DNA from: a virus
Direction: 5' to 3' (one strand)
Virus genome (UHGV): UHGV-0144129
DNA: 39,244 nucleotides
The notes below the pieces were generated by a model that saw only the letters and a list, made by a program, of their open reading frames with translations, was not told the DNA's origin and did not search any database. A program made the translations under genes and the position numbers. The first letter of the stretch is position 1, and each line of letters starts with the position of its first letter. Of this stretch, positions 34,603 to 39,244 are shown in pieces.

Positions 34603-34873
34603 TATTTACCTTTATCGCGAACACCTTTACCGGTTTATCACCGAAGTGCGGATGTGTGATTGTCTTGATTTCATATCCGTCATACGGAACATCAATTCTA
34701 CGGCTGGAATCGTCGCGCTTCGGATATCCCTTTGTGATAATCAGGCGGTCATACTCCCGGAACATAATTCGCTTATTCCAGTAGTCATTACACAAGCGAT
34801 ACTCTTCCGTTTTCTCTCCACGAATCATGGCATCGAAGTATTCACCTTTGACGGCAAGTTGCAGGTTAGCCAC
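34592..34873 (-). CDS. ASCH/PUA-like (DUF3850-like) small protein
   Basis: LAVKGEYFDAMIRGEKTEEYR pattern at the N-terminus resembles ASCH-domain phage proteins. Family assignment is tentative. Confidence 0.35.
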   Translation of the reverse strand: MANLQLAVKGEYFDAMIRGEKTEEYRLCNDYWNKRIMFREYDRLIITKGYPKRDDSSRRIDVPYDGYEIKTITHPHFGDKPVKVFAIKVNIDG

Positions 34874-35153
34874 GACCTTCCTCCTTTGGCTTGTGAATTT
34901 GTATCGTCATGCCGCTTTGAGTGGTGACTACAACGACAGAACCAGGCTGAAGGCTGTTAAGATTGAATGCTTCGTAAAACGAATCCAATGCCAGTGCTTT
35001 TTTATTCTTTCGGTTCCACCAACGCCATCCCTTGCTACAGGCTACATCGACAATCCACTGTCCACTCCTGTAAGCCATATAAAACCAGATGAGCAAAACC
35101 TGAAGGAATGCTATCCAGTCAATAATCGTATATTTCGCGAAGGAGTCCATCAC
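34866..35153 (-). CDS. small membrane protein
   Basis: Start at the internal ATG that overlaps the upstream stop (ATGA). TM helix YTIIDWIAFLQVLLIWFYMAY. Confidence 0.4.
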   Translation of the reverse strand: MMDSFAKYTIIDWIAFLQVLLIWFYMAYRSGQWIVDVACSKGWRWWNRKNKKALALDSFYEAFNLNSLQPGSVVVVTTQSGMTIQIHKPKEEGRG

Positions 35154-35836
35154 TTCACCTCCTGCGGCGGTTCTGGTAGCGGCATCCAGAACAAGGCGTT
35201 CCCTAACCACGATAAAGTGCCGTCGCTCAACTCCACGTATTCCCCTTGTACCTGTCCTGCCATATACTCGCCGTGCTTTGAATAAATTAAAATCCAATCA
35301 TCTTGAGGGGGCATTCGCTCACTACAGCTTATCCAACCATCCGGAATTACCGGAGAGTTGCCATTTACATCGAAGTTTGGCTCTGCGTCCTGAACCAGGA
35401 GGATGTAACCATTCTTGGCTGTATCAAGTTCTAACGCTTCGGTGACGGTGCCGAAATAGCGATTACCTAAATCAGCATCACAAGTGCTTATATCAATGGA
35501 AACTTCCATGCCTTCGATTAATTCTGGCAAGTTGTAAGTTTGGCTTACAGGTTGGCTACCCTGAAGCATGGCGGCGCGGTGACACCAGATAATCCAGCCA
35601 AGCGCCATATCCCATGCCATGTATTCTCTATCGCCATTTTTTGCCCTACGGCGATCTACAGATTCCCCGAAACGCTTCTCCATAAATAATTCATAGGCTG
35701 CTCGTTCATCCGATACTACTGCCAGCGATGCCAGAGCAATTTCATAAGCCCGACGCTCAATATTGTCTCGGACGTCCAGGCTGCCTATACGCTCTCTGAT
35801 TTCTTTAATCAGTTCTTTGTCGGTTAAAGTGGTCAT
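35150..35836 (-). CDS. DUF551-domain protein (Eaa-like)
   Basis: C-terminus DGWISCSERMPPQDDWILIY ... WMPLPEPP is the DUF551 signature found in lambdoid early-region proteins. Confidence 0.5.
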   Translation of the reverse strand: MTTLTDKELIKEIRERIGSLDVRDNIERRAYEIALASLAVVSDERAAYELFMEKRFGESVDRRRAKNGDREYMAWDMALGWIIWCHRAAMLQGSQPVSQTYNLPELIEGMEVSIDISTCDADLGNRYFGTVTEALELDTAKNGYILLVQDAEPNFDVNGNSPVIPDGWISCSERMPPQDDWILIYSKHGEYMAGQVQGEYVELSDGTLSWLGNALFWMPLPEPPQEVK

Positions 35837-36366
35837 GCTGCGTTTCCTTCTTTCTTATTAACAATTACACCGTCATATATTTCATTAAGGTGTCCTCTTA
35901 GCTCCATGCGCCTTAATGCAGATAACATGTAATCGCATTCAACCTGCTTATTCCCAGTAAATGGCTTATCGTCAGGATTACCCCAACAGCAATTACCCCT
36001 GGGCCATCCATGTACTTTCCGTACTCTTCCGTTAACAACGTGAAGTAATCCCCAGCCGGGAGGTAAATCCTCAACTGAAATAATTTCCGGCTCACTAATA
36101 AAGAATCGCCAGTCGCCCATGCCAAGTGAGGGATTTTTACGGAAACGCTTTTTTCTATCTGCCAACAAGTCAGCACGAGAACACTTCGCCTCTATCAGGC
36201 ATGATGCTGAATTTCTGAATCCCATAGCATCTGGCTGTTCTCCGGTACTGGTTACAGCAACAAAGCGGTCATGAAAGCAAACCTTGAACCCGTTGCGCTT
36301 AAGGAACTTGTACGCAATCTGACAGAGTTCGTGGTGTGTTAACGCCATATCACTTTCCTTTCCCAT
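35833..36366 (-). CDS. putative PD-(D/E)XK-fold nuclease
   Basis: QPDAMGF ... CLIEAKCS gives a PD ... ExK arrangement. 177 aa. Motif-only call. Confidence 0.35.
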   Translation of the reverse strand: MGKESDMALTHHELCQIAYKFLKRNGFKVCFHDRFVAVTSTGEQPDAMGFRNSASCLIEAKCSRADLLADRKKRFRKNPSLGMGDWRFFISEPEIISVEDLPPGWGLLHVVNGRVRKVHGWPRGNCCWGNPDDKPFTGNKQVECDYMLSALRRMELRGHLNEIYDGVIVNKKEGNAA

Positions 36367-36377
36367 GTTGTCATGTG

Positions 36378-36665
36378 TTAGTCCTCATCCACTTCAACCC
36401 CATATTTCAGCGTGATGCCGTGCCAATCATCAGCCCAACTGGTTAGCCCTGGCGCATCAATGCTAGGCATATAGACGCTTGCAGTGTGGTAGCCCTTATC
36501 GTTATCAATGCTGGCAACGTGCTCGCCGTTGTATGCGCTCAGCGTGTCCAGGACGCTATAAAACTTTCCTCCGGCTGCCCTGAAATCCTTTACAGCCTTT
36601 ACAAGGCGATTCCACGCTTTTTCCTGTTCTGGCGTCAGGTCGATTAATTCCTGCAAAGTTGCCAT
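36378..36665 (-). CDS. hypothetical protein
   Basis: 95 aa acidic ORF, coupled to its neighbours. Confidence 0.35.
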   Translation of the reverse strand: MATLQELIDLTPEQEKAWNRLVKAVKDFRAAGGKFYSVLDTLSAYNGEHVASIDNDKGYHTASVYMPSIDAPGLTSWADDWHGITLKYGVEVDED

Positions 36666-36666
36666 A

Positions 36667-37401
36667 TCACCCTCCTTTGATGCCTATATTTACAGCCAGG
36701 CAAGCCTCTTTGAGCACCCAGTCAATAGCGTCTTTCCATGCCCCTGTTTCGACGGGAGGATTCGTGTGCTTTACCTGGTCGTAGAAGCGTACTGCTTTAA
36801 CCAGTCCTTCCGGCACCACTGGCACTGGCTGTTTAGCTTCTAAATCAGCAATTCTGTCAACCACGGCATCGACGGCATCTGAAAAACTGAAACAGTTACT
36901 CCACTCCGGCCTGTTCCCAGTTGCTGCAAAGTACATATCAGCTAAAGCAGACTCAGCATGGTCACGCTCATTGATGAGTAGCTCTTCGCTTTTCTCCAGT
37001 TCAGCAATACGCTTACTCCCATCCGAGATAACACCTTCGTAATACTCACGCTGCTCGTTGAGTTTTGATTTTGTCTGCTCAAGCTCAACGCGCAGCTTCC
37101 CTACCGTTAGCGCAATTTCCTCGTTCTCCTGGTCACGGCGTTTGATGTATTGCTGGTTTCTTTCCCGTTCATCCAGCAGTGCCTGCACTACTTCTGGGTT
37201 GAAAGCTGCGATATAACGAGCGTTGTTCTCTGCGTTTTTCTGTCCATCAAAGCCGGTCCATTTGATAACGTCTTCACATCGTTTATCACCGGGCGTATGC
37301 ACCGCATACGTACCAGTACCCGTCGAAATAAATGCGACCCATTCGCCCTGTGTTGCCTGTTTTGCTATCTCACGCAGTGCCTGATAATTAATTTCGCTCA
37401 T
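36667..37401 (-). CDS. Ead/Ea22-like protein
   Basis: MSEINYQALREIAKQATQGEWVA N-terminus and a central coiled coil, typical of Ead/Ea22-like proteins of lambdoid early regions. Confidence 0.5.
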   Translation of the reverse strand: MSEINYQALREIAKQATQGEWVAFISTGTGTYAVHTPGDKRCEDVIKWTGFDGQKNAENNARYIAAFNPEVVQALLDERERNQQYIKRRDQENEEIALTVGKLRVELEQTKSKLNEQREYYEGVISDGSKRIAELEKSEELLINERDHAESALADMYFAATGNRPEWSNCFSFSDAVDAVVDRIADLEAKQPVPVVPEGLVKAVRFYDQVKHTNPPVETGAWKDAIDWVLKEACLAVNIGIKGG

Positions 37402-37416
37402 TCATCGCCCCACTCA

Positions 37417-37574
37417 TCACAATATGCTTCGACAGGTGTTTTTCCTGCTTCGTAGTCATCACGCCAGGCTTCAGCATCAGCAGCACTTCCACCACGTAAC
37501 TCTGCATAATCCATTAACAGTTCATGCCATTCTTCAAAACTGACGTTGTATTTAGTTGAACCAAAATCAGCCAT
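37417..37574 (-). CDS. small acidic protein (52 aa)
   Basis: Hand-translated; not in the ORF track because it is under 60 aa. Strong SD GGAGGAAG before the ATG; stop 16 nt from the next start. Confidence 0.3.
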
Positions 37575-37657
37575 TTTGTTCTTCCTCCTCGTCTTTTATT
37601 TCGTGATATGAGTAATTGCAGTAGTTAAAGAAAATTTCTTTTGCTTCGTCATGAATT

Positions 37658-37885
37658 TCATCTGGTGTTGTCGCCAACAACATCGCAGAATGCCTGAACT
37701 GCCTTACGAGCCAGTTCATTCTCCGCCGCCAGCGCATTAGCACGCGCCAGTTGCACTTCCAGTTGCGTTGCCAAATCGCTGATCAGCTTTGCCACACTGC
37801 GCATATCAACGGCACCACATTCTGCTTTCAGTTCCGAAGCCATCTCATGCCCGGCGGCAACTAACCCTTTGATATTACTTTCCAT
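37658..37885 (-). CDS. hypothetical protein
   Basis: 75 aa helical ORF in the nin-like region. Confidence 0.35.
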   Translation of the reverse strand: MESNIKGLVAAGHEMASELKAECGAVDMRSVAKLISDLATQLEVQLARANALAAENELARKAVQAFCDVVGDNTR

Positions 37886-37946
37886 CTTTACCCTCGCTTA
37901 TCCACATAACTTATTGATTACATTGATAACTAAAAAGATCGTCGAT

Positions 37947-38291
37947 TCAGAACTCTTCGATGTTCCAGCCACCACCTGCTTTCTTTGGTTTAACCGTTAC
38001 CCCGATGATTCGGAACGGATACTGATCTGCGGCGACTTTGGTTTTCACCCTGGCGTCGTCGGTCCAGAAACCTTTCACTTCGTGCAGTTCCATCTCGCCG
38101 GTGGCGAGCATCACAGCAAAATCGGGCGTATAGAACGTGTTGTCAGCTAACCGCAACTTGATACCCTCAAATCGATACCAGACGATTCCCCCTGCACGTT
38201 TACGCTGCTCAAGGTGCTGGCAATACGCAGATTCTGTTTTGTTCATCTGGCCTGTTTTGAGTCGACCAAGAGCCTGTATCTGTTTTCTCAT
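37947..38291 (-). CDS. putative Holliday-junction-resolvase-like nuclease (PD-(D/E)XK fold, DUF1064-like)
   Basis: YTPDFAV ... GEMELHEVKG gives a PD ... E.K arrangement as in Hjc-type resolvases. First gene after P, where lambdoid phages carry recombination/resolvase functions. Confidence 0.35.
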   Translation of the reverse strand: MRKQIQALGRLKTGQMNKTESAYCQHLEQRKRAGGIVWYRFEGIKLRLADNTFYTPDFAVMLATGEMELHEVKGFWTDDARVKTKVAADQYPFRIIGVTVKPKKAGGGWNIEEF

Positions 38292-38295
38292 GATT

Positions 38296-38310
38296 TACCT
38301 CTAAGGTAAT
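38296..38310. promoter_or_regulatory. operator-like perfect palindrome TTACCT-CTA-AGGTAA (family A)
   Basis: Lies 5 bp upstream of the ATG of the 37947-38291 gene and overlaps its SD. Confidence 0.4.
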
Positions 38311-38356
38311 TAAAAACCACATAAGACACGAAATCAATAGAGTTTAGAATATTTTG

Positions 38357-38371
38357 TTACCCAACAGGTAA
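38357..38371. promoter_or_regulatory. operator-like palindrome TTACCC-AAC-AGGTAA (family A, one mismatch)
   Basis: About 47 bp from the previous site, just downstream of a weak hairpin plus T7 terminator after P. Confidence 0.35.
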
Positions 38372-38408
38372 TTGTAGAGACGTAAAAAAATGCGCTATCG
38401 CGCTGGTA

Positions 38409-39194
38409 TTACTTGATAAATCCTGCCGCCTTTCCCCGCCTGTATTCCTCCATCAGCCACTGCGCCGGTGTTATTCCCCCAAGGGTGGCGGCGTTAGGCA
38501 TGCACCCGAAACTTCTCCCTGGTGGATGGTAAACGTCTCTCCCTGTGCCCGGAGGTGTACTCATGGGCTCTGGCTTTGCCTGTATGCTGATCACCGGATC
38601 GGGTATCTGCTGTCCGGAAGCCACCTTTTTCGCCCAATCATCGAGCAGCCTGCGCGCGTGTTTCTCAACCTCAATCTCGCTAAGCTGGCGCTGATACATT
38701 GCACGGCGGGTATCACATACGACCCAGTACATAACCGGATGTCGCCACGGGAATCTTTCGGGACCACCAGGATATAAACTTTTTTCCTTGCTGTACCGGT
38801 GAAACTCCGCCATCACATCATCAATGGTGACGCCAAGAACCATCTTGCTGTCTTTACACCACTTGATGAATTGCCCTGGCGACGGCCAGAACGGAGACTC
38901 ACTGGCGCGGGCGTGGCGCATACCAGCAGAAACCTGTTCACGGGTTCGGATCCCCCCTTCGGCAAACGCAGCAATCCACTGCTGTTTTGCAGCAACTTCC
39001 TGCTCTGGCGTCTTCAGGTTGGTTACCACTGCCGCCGGAAACAGTTGTTTCAGCTGTTTGAAAAGGGCATCAACAAGCCTCTCTGCTGACATGTTCACCA
39101 CGTTGTCATTGTTGGTGTACTGATGCTCATAACCTGACATGCGAGAAAGGGCTTCTCCGTCACGGTTTTGTATCGCGGTAAAAACGTTGTTCAC
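38409..39194 (-). CDS. P: replication protein P-like (DnaB helicase loader)
   Basis: EQVSAGMRHARASESPFWPSPGQFIKWCKD matches lambda P (EQVNAGMRVARRQNRPFLPSPGQFVAWCRE, from memory). Proposed start is GTG at 39194 with SD GGAGGA 6 nt upstream, overlapping the stop of the upstream gene; the track start is ATG 39209. Confidence 0.7.
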   Translation of the reverse strand: MNNVFTAIQNRDGEALSRMSGYEHQYTNNDNVVNMSAERLVDALFKQLKQLFPAAVVTNLKTPEQEVAAKQQWIAAFAEGGIRTREQVSAGMRHARASESPFWPSPGQFIKWCKDSKMVLGVTIDDVMAEFHRYSKEKSLYPGGPERFPWRHPVMYWVVCDTRRAMYQRQLSEIEVEKHARRLLDDWAKKVASGQQIPDPVISIQAKPEPMSTPPGTGRDVYHPPGRSFGCMPNAATLGGITPAQWLMEEYRRGKAAGFIK

Positions 39195-39244
39195 AAGAAA
39201 TCCTCCCATGCTTCAGGGCTGTTCCAGTGCGGAACGTTGTTATC
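39191..39244 (-). CDS. 3' end of the upstream replication gene (O-like initiator), truncated by the window edge
   Basis: Open frame running into the window edge and ending ...DNNVPHWNSPEAWEDFL with stop TGA overlapping the P start (GTGA). Confidence 0.35.
   Translation of the reverse strand, partial: DNNVPHWNSPEAWEDFL

Noticed and set aside
38296-38310. Family A palindromes as RNA-level SD-sequestering hairpins
   Set aside because: Considered because this copy overlaps the SD of the adjacent gene. Most other copies are far from any start codon, so a DNA operator role fits the set better; an RNA role for this copy is not excluded.
1-39244. CRISPR arrays
   Set aside because: No regularly spaced direct repeats of 25-40 bp were seen anywhere in the window.

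Overview
Read by eye from the sequence and the ORF track; no searches were run. The window has three parts. (1) About 1.8 kb of enterobacterial chromosome at 1-1840: a small membrane protein, a glycine-zipper lipoprotein and a secreted coiled-coil protein, closed by a terminator. (2) A roughly 3 kb AT-richer accessory islet at 2088-4877: an ABC-ATPase plus Toprim protein of the OLD / GajA / AriAB type, a DDE transposase remnant, and a two-TM protein with a receiver-like domain. This is the best candidate for an undescribed defence locus. (3) From about 5.1 kb to the window end, most of a mosaic temperate prophage with its late genes on the minus strand. Reading in transcription order (high to low coordinates): lambda O (C-terminal end only) and P, a nin-like region, TerS and TerL, then a T7-like gene order (portal, scaffold, capsid, gp11, gp12, internal virion proteins including a lytic transglycosylase, tail fibre/spike with a C-terminal chaperone domain), then holins, GH19 endolysin and Rz/Rz1. 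The late operon is interrupted by plus-strand inserts: a tRNA-Arg(UCU) with a terminator-gated unknown gene, and a P22 immI-like block (mnt, arc, ant) extended by a second antirepressor and a LexA-boxed mini-antirepressor that all share one C-terminal domain, two copies as a ~255 bp inverted repeat. Two recurrent palindrome families (TTACCT-N3-AGGTAA in six copies; GTGACATGTCAC in three) point to an uncharacterised regulator. No integrase, cI/cro, Q-like antiterminator or CRISPR array was seen.
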